From an uncultured Bacilli bacterium (GTDB taxonomy: Bacteria > Bacillota_I > Bacilli_A > RF39 > UBA660), in NCBI GenBank assembly GCA_944363715.1, contig CALVUX010000007.1, positions 1,636-65,635 on the forward strand: a stretch of 64,000 nucleotides of DNA. The letters run 5' to 3'. Positions 54,136 to 63,222 of this stretch are shown one piece after another (position 1 is the stretch's first letter; every line of letters begins with the position of its first letter). Under the pieces are notes generated by a model. That model was not told where the DNA came from. It did no database searches and saw nothing but the letters and a program-made list of their open reading frames with translations. Both the position numbers and the translations under genes were made by a program.

Positions 54136-57100
54136 CTATTCTACTGATTTTAATGAATCTATCATATCTATTCTTCTTAAGATAAAGTATGTTATCACTT
54201 GAACTATAACACTAAATACTATAATAATTATAAATGATAGAACATAACTTAATGGTTTAATTGTTTTAATAAATAATACTTCATCAGTCTCCGCTATCAT
54301 TAAGATAAAGGTATTTAAAGAAAAGCCTAAGAATATTCCCACTATAATACCTACTATAGTTAAAATAATAGTTTCCCTATATACATAACTAGATACTTCC
54401 CTATCTCTAAAACCTAAGACTTTTAGAGTCGCTATCTCTCTTTTTCTTTCATTAATATTAATAATTGTAAGATTATATAAAACTGTTATAGCAAGAAAAC
54501 TAGAAAATGCTATTATTAGATAGACTATATTATTCATACCAGCTATAATATCATTAAACATTTTCATATTATCATCAGTATATTGTATCGCTCCAAAGTA
54601 GCCAGTATCTAATAGATTATTAGATATTTTTTCTTTATTAGTAGAATCTTTTAAATTAACAAGATAACTATTGTAACTATCATCATTAAATATCTCTTCA
54701 TAATAAGTACTATTCATATACATAAAATTACTTATATAGTTTTCGCATATTCCTTTTACTTTAACAATAAATAGTTCATTATCACTATTTCTAATACTAA
54801 TATTCTCTCCTACTTTAGCATTTAATAAATCAGCCATTTTCTCTGTAATAATAACCCCATCATCGCTTAAGTTTAAATTACTTCCATCAACAGACTTTAA
54901 AGTTACATAATCATTGATTTTTTCATCACTCATAAAGGAAATTAAGGTAAAGTCTAAGTTCTTATTATTCGCTTTAAAAGTATAACTAGATATATTAGTA
55001 TTTATATAATTAGTTATATTATTATCACTTAAAGCTTTAGTAACATCATCTTCATTAACATCATCATTTAAAACTAAAGTTGCATCATAATGAGTTATTT
55101 CTCCATATTGTATATCAAGTAAATCACTAAGACTATCTTTAATGCCAAAACCTGTAAGAAGTAGTGCCGTACATCCTGCAATACCTAAAACTGTCATAAA
55201 GATTCTTTTTTTGTATCTAAATAAATTACGTAAAGTTATCTTCCAAGAAAATGATAAATGTCTCCAGAATGGTTTAATTCTCTCTAATAATATCTTTTTA
55301 CCATTCTTAGGAGATGCTGGTCTTAATATAGTTGCAGGTACTAATCTAAAGTCTTTAACAAGAGTAATAAATACTACTAAACTCATTAAGATAATTGTTG
55401 TTAAAACAATAATTAAACAAGCATAAGGATTAGCATAAGTAGATAGTTCTGGTATTGTAAAGGATGCAGAATACACTGTATAAAGTATTCTTGGTATTAA
55501 AGTATAACCAACACTTAGTCCTATAACAAGACCCAAAACACAAGCGATAAAAACATATAGTAAATAACTAAATGCAATAGTAGACTTTCTAATACCTAAA
55601 GATATAAAAGCACCTATCTCACTTCTTTCTTCTTCTATCATTCTATTCATAGTGTTAAAAGCCATAAGGAATGCTATTAAGATAAAGAATATTGGAAATA
55701 CAGCAGCGATAGAGTCTACTTTAGTAGCACTTTCATAAAAGCTAGTATAACCTGTTAAATCTTCTCTAGTTAATAAATACCAAACAGGTTTCTCTATATT
55801 ATTTATCTCATTTTTAGCATCATTTATCTCATTCTCATAATTAGATACTTCTTCTAAATATAAATTATAATTAGCATTATATTCTTCATAGCCTTGTTCT
55901 AACTCTTTATAACCATTATCTATTTCTTTTTTGGCACTATTTAATTCTTTTAAAGCTTTACTATACTGATTATTCCAAGTACTTAGAGAATTATTTAAAG
56001 TATTTTCTTGTTCAGTTAAAGTATTATTAGTATTAATTAATGTCTCTATATTAGTCTTATTATTTTTAAGTTCATTAAGTCTAGCATTTAATGTTTCATA
56101 TAAACTATCACTAGGATCAAGTCCTTCTAACTTTTTTTCTAACTCTTTAATATTAGTATTTATTGTATCAAGTGTAGGCTGCAAGCTATCAACTGTAATG
56201 CCAGTGTTTGATAAAGCATTATTAAACTCTGTCTTAGCATTTTCTAAAGCATTAAAACCATTATTAAGTTCTGCTTCTGTAGATTCTTTAGTCTTATTCA
56301 AAGTATATAGATTACTATTATATTCTTCTAATCCTTCATCAAGTTTTATTTTATTAGAATTTAACTCTGTTAAAGCATCATTAAACTTAGTTTCATTTTC
56401 ACTCTTCACTTTATTAAGTTCATTCTCTCTTTCAGCAACTTTATCCATAGCAACTTTCAGTATTTGTTCATACCTTGCTGTCTCTCTTAAAGGCTTTAAC
56501 TTCTGCAATTTCTTATTTACTTTACTTATAATACCATCATAACTATCACTATAAGATAATTCTTCTTTAGTACCATCTGCTAACAAATAAATCTCTGTAT
56601 AATAATCTAATTTAAAGTTATCTTTAGGAACATATAACAAACTATCAAGTTTACCATCACCTACTGTAGATATTCCTTTATTTTCATAAATATAACTACT
56701 ACTATTAATAGTTCCTACTACTTTACAAGTATTATTTTCAAGATATGTATCATCTTCTATTGTAATAGTATCTCCTATTTTAAACGATTCATCCTCACCA
56801 AGACACTCACTATTACTTTTGGGCATTCTACCATCAACTAATGTTACTTTACTAATATCTGATAATGCACTAACTTTAACTGCATCACCATCTATTAAAG
56901 TATCAAAAGAATAAGTTCCTTCAACTTCTTTTATACCATCTATTTCTTCTAAAGATTTAATATCATCATCAGTAAGACCCATTGTACTAACTATCTTAAA
57001 GTCATAAAGATTAGTCTCGTCATAATAATTATCTAAAGTTTTAATCATATCACTAGCAGTTTCTCTAACTCCGGCAAAGAAAGATGTACCTAATATTACA

Positions 57101-57171
57101 ATAAGTATTAATGATAAAAATCTTCCTTTAGACTTCCATATTTTCCTAAAACTATTCTTAAAGATTAACAT
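54136..57171 (-). CDS. MacB/FtsX-type ABC transporter permease with a large coiled-coil extracytoplasmic domain
   Basis: Two FtsX 4-TM modules flank a long N/E/K-rich coiled-coil region. The start ATG overlaps the ATPase stop (TGATG). Confidence 0.85.
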   Translation of the reverse strand: MLIFKNSFRKIWKSKGRFLSLILIVILGTSFFAGVRETASDMIKTLDNYYDETNLYDFKIVSTMGLTDDDIKSLEEIDGIKEVEGTYSFDTLIDGDAVKVSALSDISKVTLVDGRMPKSNSECLGEDESFKIGDTITIEDDTYLENNTCKVVGTINSSSYIYENKGISTVGDGKLDSLLYVPKDNFKLDYYTEIYLLADGTKEELSYSDSYDGIISKVNKKLQKLKPLRETARYEQILKVAMDKVAERENELNKVKSENETKFNDALTELNSNKIKLDEGLEEYNSNLYTLNKTKESTEAELNNGFNALENAKTEFNNALSNTGITVDSLQPTLDTINTNIKELEKKLEGLDPSDSLYETLNARLNELKNNKTNIETLINTNNTLTEQENTLNNSLSTWNNQYSKALKELNSAKKEIDNGYKELEQGYEEYNANYNLYLEEVSNYENEINDAKNEINNIEKPVWYLLTREDLTGYTSFYESATKVDSIAAVFPIFFILIAFLMAFNTMNRMIEEERSEIGAFISLGIRKSTIAFSYLLYVFIACVLGLVIGLSVGYTLIPRILYTVYSASFTIPELSTYANPYACLIIVLTTIILMSLVVFITLVKDFRLVPATILRPASPKNGKKILLERIKPFWRHLSFSWKITLRNLFRYKKRIFMTVLGIAGCTALLLTGFGIKDSLSDLLDIQYGEITHYDATLVLNDDVNEDDVTKALSDNNITNYINTNISSYTFKANNKNLDFTLISFMSDEKINDYVTLKSVDGSNLNLSDDGVIITEKMADLLNAKVGENISIRNSDNELFIVKVKGICENYISNFMYMNSTYYEEIFNDDSYNSYLVNLKDSTNKEKISNNLLDTGYFGAIQYTDDNMKMFNDIIAGMNNIVYLIIAFSSFLAITVLYNLTIININERKREIATLKVLGFRDREVSSYVYRETIILTIVGIIVGIFLGFSLNTFILMIAETDEVLFIKTIKPLSYVLSFIIIIVFSVIVQVITYFILRRIDMIDSLKSVE

Positions 57172-57881
57172 CACCAATCAATCTCCTTAACTAGTTTAGG
57201 TTTCTTATTAACAGTAATACTTTCTATTTTACCGTTTTTTACTTTAATAACTTTATCAGCTATATCAGCAATAATTGCATTATGAGTGATAATTATAGTT
57301 GTTGTTTTCGTCTTATGACAAGTATCTTGTAATAGTTCTATTATTTTTTTACCAGTTTTAGAATCTAAGGCCCCTGTTGGTTCATCACAAAGTAATAGTT
57401 TAGGATTTTTAGCAATAGCACGAGCGATAGAAACCCGTTGTTGTTCCCCTCCTGAAAGTTGAGCAGGAAAGTGATCTCCTCTATCTAACAAACCTACTCT
57501 TTTTAATGCTTCACCACTATCCATTGGATTTTTACATATTTGACTAGCAAGTGATACATTTTCTAAGGCAGTTAAGTTACCTACAAGGTTATAAAATTGA
57601 AAGACAAAACCAATATCATAACGTCTATAATCAGTTAACTCTTTATTATTATATTTAGCGATATCATTATTATCGATAATAACTTTACCACTACTAGCTT
57701 TATCCATTCCCCCTAAGATGTTTAATATAGTTGTCTTACCTGCTCCTGATGGCCCTAAAACAACCGTAAGCTCACCTTCATCAATATCAAAAGAAACATT
57801 ATCTAAGGCTTTAATAGTAACTTCTCCCATTTTATAAATTTTAGTTAGATTCTTAACACTAATATAAGACACAAGCATCAC
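57171..57881 (-). CDS. ABC transporter ATP-binding protein (MacB/LolD-like)
   Basis: Walker [10 protein letters not shown], signature [14 protein letters not shown] and Walker [13 protein letters not shown]. The exact start (ATG at 57878 or GTG at 57872) is uncertain. Confidence 0.92.
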   Translation of the reverse strand: MMLVSYISVKNLTKIYKMGEVTIKALDNVSFDIDEGELTVVLGPSGAGKTTILNILGGMDKASSGKVIIDNNDIAKYNNKELTDYRRYDIGFVFQFYNLVGNLTALENVSLASQICKNPMDSGEALKRVGLLDRGDHFPAQLSGGEQQRVSIARAIAKNPKLLLCDEPTGALDSKTGKKIIELLQDTCHKTKTTTIIITHNAIIADIADKVIKVKNGKIESITVNKKPKLVKEIDW

Positions 57882-57954
57882 CTTCTTATGATTACATTAT
57901 ACTATTTAAAGCAGAAAAAATATATAGTTTTTTGTAAAAGAAAAGAACTATTTT

Positions 57955-58725
57955 TTAACCTTTTAGTTCTTTAAGTATATTATGATTTCTTCTAACTGTA
58001 CATCTTATATCTTTCTTAACAAGTCTCTTTGTTTCCAGATTATATTCATCCTTAACATAATCTATTAATTCATTAGTACCAGTCTCAAAAATTTTAACAA
58101 AATAATTATAGCCTTCTGGATACTTATCATAAAATGAATCTAAGGCTCTTACATTTTTTCTTATTAAAATATAAGGATTAAAGTAGGTAAATCTTCTTTG
58201 ATTATAAAAAGCAAGTTCAAAATCTATAATAGGTGCTAATCTTAAAGTATCATCAATAGCAAACACTTCCATATTTCTAGCATATCTATCTACTTGTTCC
58301 ATCGTCAAATCAATTGCTATTAATTTGAATAAATCCTGTTGCAAGCTTTTATCTAAACATTCAAAATAACTATCATCAAAACCTTTAGTTCTCATTCCAT
58401 ACTCAAAGTTATCTTCTGGTCTAAAATTTATATAATCTTTATTATGATAGTTAGGAGTTAATATTTTACTTTTAAATATTCCTTTATGTTCAACTATTAA
58501 ATCTGTAGTATCAAGGTTAACTTTACTACATAAGTATCTACCAATAACTTCATTATATAAAAATTCATTATCTATTTTTTTACTAAAATAATACTCACCA
58601 TCTTGTTCTATAAGATAATCACTATAAAGATCTAAATATTCTTCTTTACTTATACCAAGTTTACTAATGAAATAGTCCTCACTGTAATCTAATAATTTTT
58701 CTATTTTTTTACTACCAAACATCAT
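57955..58725 (-). CDS. HipA-C-like atypical kinase-fold protein, paralog 2 (catalytic loop diverged: DRYARN)
   Basis: It aligns with the upstream paralog (NEVIGRYLC, TPNY, MEQVDRYARNME, APIIDFE). The D..N..IDF pattern resembles the HipA/PI3-4K-like catalytic core. Confidence 0.45.
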   Translation of the reverse strand: MMFGSKKIEKLLDYSEDYFISKLGISKEEYLDLYSDYLIEQDGEYYFSKKIDNEFLYNEVIGRYLCSKVNLDTTDLIVEHKGIFKSKILTPNYHNKDYINFRPEDNFEYGMRTKGFDDSYFECLDKSLQQDLFKLIAIDLTMEQVDRYARNMEVFAIDDTLRLAPIIDFELAFYNQRRFTYFNPYILIRKNVRALDSFYDKYPEGYNYFVKIFETGTNELIDYVKDEYNLETKRLVKKDIRCTVRRNHNILKELKG

Positions 58726-58734
58726 GTTTATCTC

Positions 58735-59520
58735 CTATCTAATTGTCTTTAATATTTTTTGATTTCTATATATCGTTCTTTTATATCTTTCTTTTATCTC
58801 ATCTGAAACTTTTATAGGATAATTAGATTCTATATAACTTACAAGTTCATCTACTCCTATATCAAAGACTTCTAAAAAATATCTATAAGCTTTTGGAAAG
58901 CCATTTAAAAAACTATCTATGTTTATAAAATCTTTAGGTAAACTAACATACGGATTATCATAAACAAAATACGGATTAGGAAAAAAACTTTTTTCAAAAT
59001 CTATAACAGGTATTAAATGTAATGAATCATCTACTATAACTTCTTCCATATTTTTACTATGTCTATCCCATTGTTCCATCATCATATCAATAGAGATTAA
59101 TTTATATTGTTCTTTTTGATAGGATTTAGGTAATATATTTAATCTCTTTACATCATATTTATGACTAAATAACTTATCTGCATCATCCTTTTGACACTGA
59201 TATTTTAAATTTTGTTTTCTATAATTAGGTGTAACAATTTTAATTATATTTTCATCTAATAATAAATCTAATTCAGTAGTTTCAAGCCCTATTCTATTAC
59301 ATAAATATCTTCCTATAATTTCATTACAAAGCTCTAACTCTGATACTTTCTTCGCATAATAATAGCCATCGCTCAACTCTCTTAAATACATATGTAAACC
59401 TAAAGGACTATTATAACTTTTTCTAGTTATATTTAATTTATCAAAAAAAGAATCATCTTCATTAAAGAAATTACTTCTAATAACATCAGTTCTAATTTTA
59501 TCACTAGTTAAATCTATCAT
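58735..59520 (-). CDS. HipA-C-like atypical kinase-fold protein, paralog 1 (DRHSKN catalytic loop)
   Basis: MEQWDRHSKNMEE...IPVIDFE matches the HipA-type DRHxKN ... (I/Y)D(F/L) pattern, and YYAKK may supply the ATP-binding Lys. Confidence 0.45.
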   Translation of the reverse strand: MIDLTSDKIRTDVIRSNFFNEDDSFFDKLNITRKSYNSPLGLHMYLRELSDGYYYAKKVSELELCNEIIGRYLCNRIGLETTELDLLLDENIIKIVTPNYRKQNLKYQCQKDDADKLFSHKYDVKRLNILPKSYQKEQYKLISIDMMMEQWDRHSKNMEEVIVDDSLHLIPVIDFEKSFFPNPYFVYDNPYVSLPKDFINIDSFLNGFPKAYRYFLEVFDIGVDELVSYIESNYPIKVSDEIKERYKRTIYRNQKILKTIR

Positions 59521-59576
59521 ATCAATACCCCTTTCTCTAGAGGCATATTATACCAAAGAAAAAAAGAAATTTCAAA

Positions 59577-60470
59577 TTATTTCTTTCCTTCTTTAAATGT
59601 CTCACTTAATACTGTTCCTGCTGTTACTAAGTTCTGTAATTCACTAGGAACGATTATCTTAGTAGACTGTCCATTTGCTACTTTAACCATAGCATCATAA
59701 CTTTTTAGCTTTAATACTGAGGCATCAGCTTTAGCTTCTTTAAGTAATCTAATTCCCTCAGCTTCAGCATTCTTAATTTTAATAATTGCCTCTGCTTCAC
59801 CTTCAGCTTTCTTAATAGCTGCTTCTTTCGCTGCTTCTGCTCTTAAAACAGTACTTTCTTTTTCTCCTTCGGCAATTAATACAGCAGCTTTCTTCTCACC
59901 TTCCGCTTGTAATATTTTCTCACGTCTTTCACGTTCAGCACGCATTTGTTTTTCCATTGCATCTTGAATATCACGAGGTGGAATAATGTTTTTAACTTCT
60001 ACTCTATTTACTTTAATACCCCAAGGATCAGTCGCTTCATCTAGAATTGATCTCATTTTAGAATTAATGATATCTCTTGATGTTAAGGTTTGATCTAGTT
60101 CAAGCTCTCCTATAATATTACGTAGTGTTGTTGCCGTTAAATTTTCAATTGCATTAATAGGATTTTCTACTCCATAAGTATAAAGCTTAGGATCAGTTAT
60201 TTGAAAATAAACAACTGTATCTATTTGCATAGTAACATTATCTTTAGTAATAACAGGTTGAGGTGCAAAGTCTTTAACTATTTCTTTTAATGATACAGTA
60301 GATGCTACTCTATCAATAAATGGTACTACATAATGAGGTCCTGTACCAAGAGTTTTATAATAAGTTCCTAATCTTTCTATTACTTTCGCTTGTGATTGAG
60401 GAATAACTTTTACTCCTAATACTATAATAACAATAATTACTATTAATATAACCCAAAACATATTAATCAC
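59577..60470 (-). CDS. SPFH/band 7 (stomatin-like) protein
   Basis: N-terminal TM, an SPFH core (VIERLGTYYKTLGTGPHYVVPFIDRV) and an Ala/Glu-rich coiled-coil tail. Confidence 0.9.
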   Translation of the reverse strand: MINMFWVILIVIIVIIVLGVKVIPQSQAKVIERLGTYYKTLGTGPHYVVPFIDRVASTVSLKEIVKDFAPQPVITKDNVTMQIDTVVYFQITDPKLYTYGVENPINAIENLTATTLRNIIGELELDQTLTSRDIINSKMRSILDEATDPWGIKVNRVEVKNIIPPRDIQDAMEKQMRAERERREKILQAEGEKKAAVLIAEGEKESTVLRAEAAKEAAIKKAEGEAEAIIKIKNAEAEGIRLLKEAKADASVLKLKSYDAMVKVANGQSTKIIVPSELQNLVTAGTVLSETFKEGKK

Positions 60471-60888
60471 TCTCCTTTATTTCTTCTACTTTAAGTTTTA
60501 CTCCATTAATAGATAATACTTTTACTTTAGAATGCTCTTCTACTTCTTTATCACTATATGCACTCCACTTTTTACCTAGAACTTTAACTTCACCAATTCC
60601 ATCTTTTTCAATTTTTTCTGTAACAACTCCAGTTTTACCTACAACCATATCTAAATTAGTAGGTACTCCTTCTCTTTTCTTCATTTTCTTAACAAAAGGT
60701 TTTGTTAAAAGTAATAAGAGAATAGAACTGATAGTAAAAACTGCTAGATGTATCATAATATTATCAGTAGCGAGAGATACAAATGTTGTAATAATTGCCC
60801 CTATGGCAAACCAAATAGATACTAAGTTTACTGTTACGAGTTCAAACAGAGATAAAATAACAAACAATACTAACCAAAAAAATGTCAT
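60463..60888 (-). CDS. NfeD family membrane protein
   Basis: Three TM segments plus a C-terminal OB-fold (VGKTGVVTEKIEKDGIGEVKVLGKKWSA). This is the classical NfeD-SPFH operon. Confidence 0.85.
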   Translation of the reverse strand: MTFFWLVLFVILSLFELVTVNLVSIWFAIGAIITTFVSLATDNIMIHLAVFTISSILLLLLTKPFVKKMKKREGVPTNLDMVVGKTGVVTEKIEKDGIGEVKVLGKKWSAYSDKEVEEHSKVKVLSINGVKLKVEEIKESD

Positions 60889-60974
60889 AATACTTCCTCC
60901 TTACCTAAAATATACTATAAATTTAGAAAAAATACTACAAAAATAAACTTTTTCTTACAATTTTTTCTAGATTA

Positions 60975-60983
60975 TGTTAAAAT
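60975..60983 (+). promoter_or_regulatory. extended -10 promoter (TGtTAAAAT) upstream of a ~105-nt leader
   Basis: TGTTAAAAT at 60975-60983, with the membrane protein ATG at 61097. Confidence 0.4.
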
Positions 60984-61096
60984 CTTTTAGAAAACAGGTT
61001 TAATGGTTAAATTGGAAACGAAACATCTATTAAGGATGCAAACGAACAACACATAAACAGTGCTGTTTTTATATTGCAAGAAAGGAGGTTAACTAT

Positions 61097-61582
61097 ATGC
61101 CTGAGACTAAATTTCAAGACTTTATTTATACTTTAATAATGGCTTTTGTTATGGTATATGTAATGGTTTGTTATAATATTTCTATTCATGCGGGAGGTCT
61201 AAGTAATATAGTTTTCTTAGAAGCATTAAAAGAATTACCTTTTATGTGGATAGTTGCTATCATCTTAGAGTTTTTCTTAATAGGCAAAATTGCTCATAAA
61301 TTAACTTTTAAAGTACTTAATCCTAAAAAAACACCTAATATTATTATAAGTTATGGAATATCTATTATAATAGTTACTTTTATGTGCCCTATTATGAGTT
61401 TAGTTGCTACTATTCTTATAAATAAGCCTAGTCTTGATATATTTATATCTAGTTGGTTACAATCTATGGTCTTAAGTTTTCCAATGGCTATGTGCTTTCA
61501 ATTATTTTATGCAGGACCTATTGTTAGATTTATCTTTAATTTATTTAAAAACAAACTAAGTAAAATGAAATGCACCCCTTAG
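61097..61582 (+). CDS. small polytopic membrane protein (DUF2798-like)
   Basis: Four hydrophobic segments and an AAGGAGG SD. The family assignment is from memory and is tentative. Confidence 0.6.
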   Translation: MPETKFQDFIYTLIMAFVMVYVMVCYNISIHAGGLSNIVFLEALKELPFMWIVAIILEFFLIGKIAHKLTFKVLNPKKTPNIIISYGISIIIVTFMCPIMSLVATILINKPSLDIFISSWLQSMVLSFPMAMCFQLFYAGPIVRFIFNLFKNKLSKMKCTP

Positions 61583-61615
61583 GGTAGACATACAAAAAAA
61601 GTCTAATTTATGATA

Positions 61616-61643
61616 GAATACACCTCCGAAAGGAGGTGTATTT
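61616..61643 (+). promoter_or_regulatory. SD-sequestering hairpin in front of IS3 orfA (may also terminate the upstream gene)
   Basis: GAATACACCTCC-GAAA-GGAGGTGTATTT. The GGAGG SD of orfA forms the 3' arm, and the ATG is at 61647. Confidence 0.6.
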
Positions 61644-61646
61644 CTT

Positions 61647-61943
61647 ATGGCTGAAAAAGTAAATAAAACATATAGATATTCATATGAAGAAAAAATGAAA
61701 ATAGTAAATGAATATTATAATGTTGGTGGTTCTACATATAGTCTTGCACGTAAATATAATATTCCTAGAAGTTCATTGTTGAATTGGATAAGAAAAATTA
61801 GAAAAAATGGGTATATTGAAAAAGAAGAAACTCGTGGTAAGTCTAAAAAATGGAGGACGAATATCTTTAGAAGATTATAAAGAAAGATATGAAATATTAA
61901 AAAAATACCAGGCCTTCCTCAAGGCACAACGAGAGAGAAAGTA
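61647..61943 (+). pseudogene. IS3 family transposase OrfA, disrupted by a 1-nt frame change in an A6 run
   Basis: Frame 0 gives the HTH N-terminus (YSLARKYNIPRSSLLNWIRK) and stops at 61878-80. The expected continuation NGGRISLEDYKERYEILKKYQAFLKAQRERK* is in the +1 frame from 61849. Confidence 0.6.
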
Positions 61944-62777
61944 ACTTTTATTAATCTATATAGAGATAATTATAAGTTATACAATATGTGTGCCGTATTA
62001 GAAATAAGTCCTAAAACTTATTATAAATATAGAAATAAGGAAGATCCTGATTATTATGATTATTTAATAATTAAAGAAATATTTGATGAGTCTAAAGGCA
62101 CATATGGATATCGTAGAATTGTGGAAGGCCTAAAAATCAAATATGATGTTGTAATGAATGGAAAGAAGGTTTTAAGAATAATGAAAAAATATTATTTAAT
62201 GCCTAACTATATTAGGAAATCAAAGAAGAAAAATAAGAATGAAAGAATTGAAGATAATGTTAAGCCAAATTTATTAAATAGGAATTTTACTACTGATGCA
62301 CCAAATAAAGTTTGGGACACAGATGTAACTTACCTTATATTTAAAGGTTCTAGAGCATATTTATCAACAATAATTGATTTATATGATAGAAAAGTAATCG
62401 CTTATAAAATATCTAAAAGAAATGATAATAAACTTGTTATGGATACTTTAAATGAAGCGATATCAAAAAGAAAAGATGTATCTGGATTAATCTTGCATAG
62501 CGACCAAGGATTCCAATATACATCTTATGAATACAAAGCAATTTGTGAATCTAATGGTATTACTATTTCTATGGCCAGAAAAGGTACTCCAATAGATGAC
62601 TCACCAATTGAGAGTTGGCACTCTCTCCTTAAAAAGGAAACTTTGTATAACAATGATATCACATCTTTAGAAAATTACATAGAATTAGTTGAAGAATGGA
62701 TAGAATTTTATAATACAACTAGAATTAAAGGAAAGAAAGTTAATAAAAAGAAAGGATATAAGAAAAATGATAAATAA
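61905..62777 (+). CDS. IS3 family transposase OrfB (rve/DDE integrase core), reached by -1 frameshift at A7
   Basis: DDE contexts VWDTDVTYL, HSDQGFQYTS and ESWHSLLKKE. The slippery A AAA AAA at 61899-61905 links the orfA frame to this frame. The C-terminal tail is atypical. Confidence 0.7.
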   Translation: MPGLPQGTTREKVTFINLYRDNYKLYNMCAVLEISPKTYYKYRNKEDPDYYDYLIIKEIFDESKGTYGYRRIVEGLKIKYDVVMNGKKVLRIMKKYYLMPNYIRKSKKKNKNERIEDNVKPNLLNRNFTTDAPNKVWDTDVTYLIFKGSRAYLSTIIDLYDRKVIAYKISKRNDNKLVMDTLNEAISKRKDVSGLILHSDQGFQYTSYEYKAICESNGITISMARKGTPIDDSPIESWHSLLKKETLYNNDITSLENYIELVEEWIEFYNTTRIKGKKVNKKKGYKKNDK

Positions 62778-62952
62778 TGATGAATTAAAATATAAATTAG
62801 AAACAGTAATAGAGTATTTAAAAGATAATGGTGGATATGATTATAAATTATATAATCATATATGTCCAGATATGGGAGAACCTGATTCTAATATTGTTGA
62901 ATATGCAGAAGATGTTCTATACATGATTAATTTATTAATTGATAACAAATAA
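62767..62952 (+). CDS. hypothetical small protein (61 aa)
   Basis: Intact ORF overlapping the orfB end. No motif. Confidence 0.3.
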   Translation: MINNDELKYKLETVIEYLKDNGGYDYKLYNHICPDMGEPDSNIVEYAEDVLYMINLLIDNK

Positions 62953-62992
62953 AGACAAGCTTTATTTGAATAAATATTATAATTAAATAATA

Positions 62993-63042
62993 AAAAATCA
63001 AGGGTCTAGATGAACTCACTTCGTTCGCCCTTGATTTTTATT
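62993..63042 (+). terminator. intrinsic terminator
   Basis: AAAAATCAAGGG-N23-CCCTTGATTTTT followed by ATT. Confidence 0.55.
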
Positions 63043-63222
63043 AAAAGAATAGTTCTTTTTATGATATCTCCTAAATGGGGTTCACATCAAAAAGGCCTAG
63101 TTTGTTTTTTTACTAAACATTTTTACAAGTATTACAAAACCCAAGCAATCCGGAGTTTGTTATAATGGAACAACTTTTAGGAATAGTAACTTAGGTTACT
63201 GGCATCACTCTTAAAACAACTA

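Larger units (their letters stand above)
61609..62780 (+). mobile_element. degenerate IS3-family insertion sequence (orfA disrupted, right end apparently truncated)
   Basis: HTH OrfA and rve/DDE OrfB with an A7 slippery site. I could not identify terminal inverted repeats, so the boundaries are approximate. Confidence 0.55.

Noticed and set aside
6202-56542. Antisense or shadow ORFs in the supplied track: 6202-6408, 10207-10392, 14052-14255, 17500-17700, 23254-23454, 28240-28581, 28942-29187, 30197-30427, 30661-30957, 32141-32398, 35260-35487, 37326-37544, 40419-40754, 44122-44328, 45893-46093, 46261-46587, 49099-49374, 55142-55426 and 56198-56542.
   Set aside because: Each lies wholly inside, and antisense to, a confidently identified gene (pheT, SEDS, pilC, pnp, infB, nusA, lon-adjacent pilin, tnpB, ABC permease and others). 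They have Ser/Leu/Ile-rich low-complexity translations typical of the reverse frame of AT-rich genes, and none has a convincing SD.
60961-60990. TTCTAGATTATGTTAAAAT resembles the XerD arm (TTATGTTAAAT) of dif sites, which was tempting given the possible terminus-like strand switch.
   Set aside because: The left arm and the 6-nt central region do not match Bacillota dif (ACTTCCTAGAA-TATATA-TTATGTAAACT). The location is 40 kb from the strand switch. The motif is better read as an extended -10 promoter (TGTTAAAAT).
61001-61050. GGAAAC-GAAA-...-GGATGCAAACG looked a little like the GGCAAA...GACGCAAAGC core of c-di-GMP-I (GEMM-I) riboswitches.
   Set aside because: The key conserved nucleotides and the P1/P2 helices with the GNRA tetraloop-receptor arrangement are not reproduced, so this is only a superficial word similarity. 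It is kept only as a generic 'structured leader?' finding with low interest.
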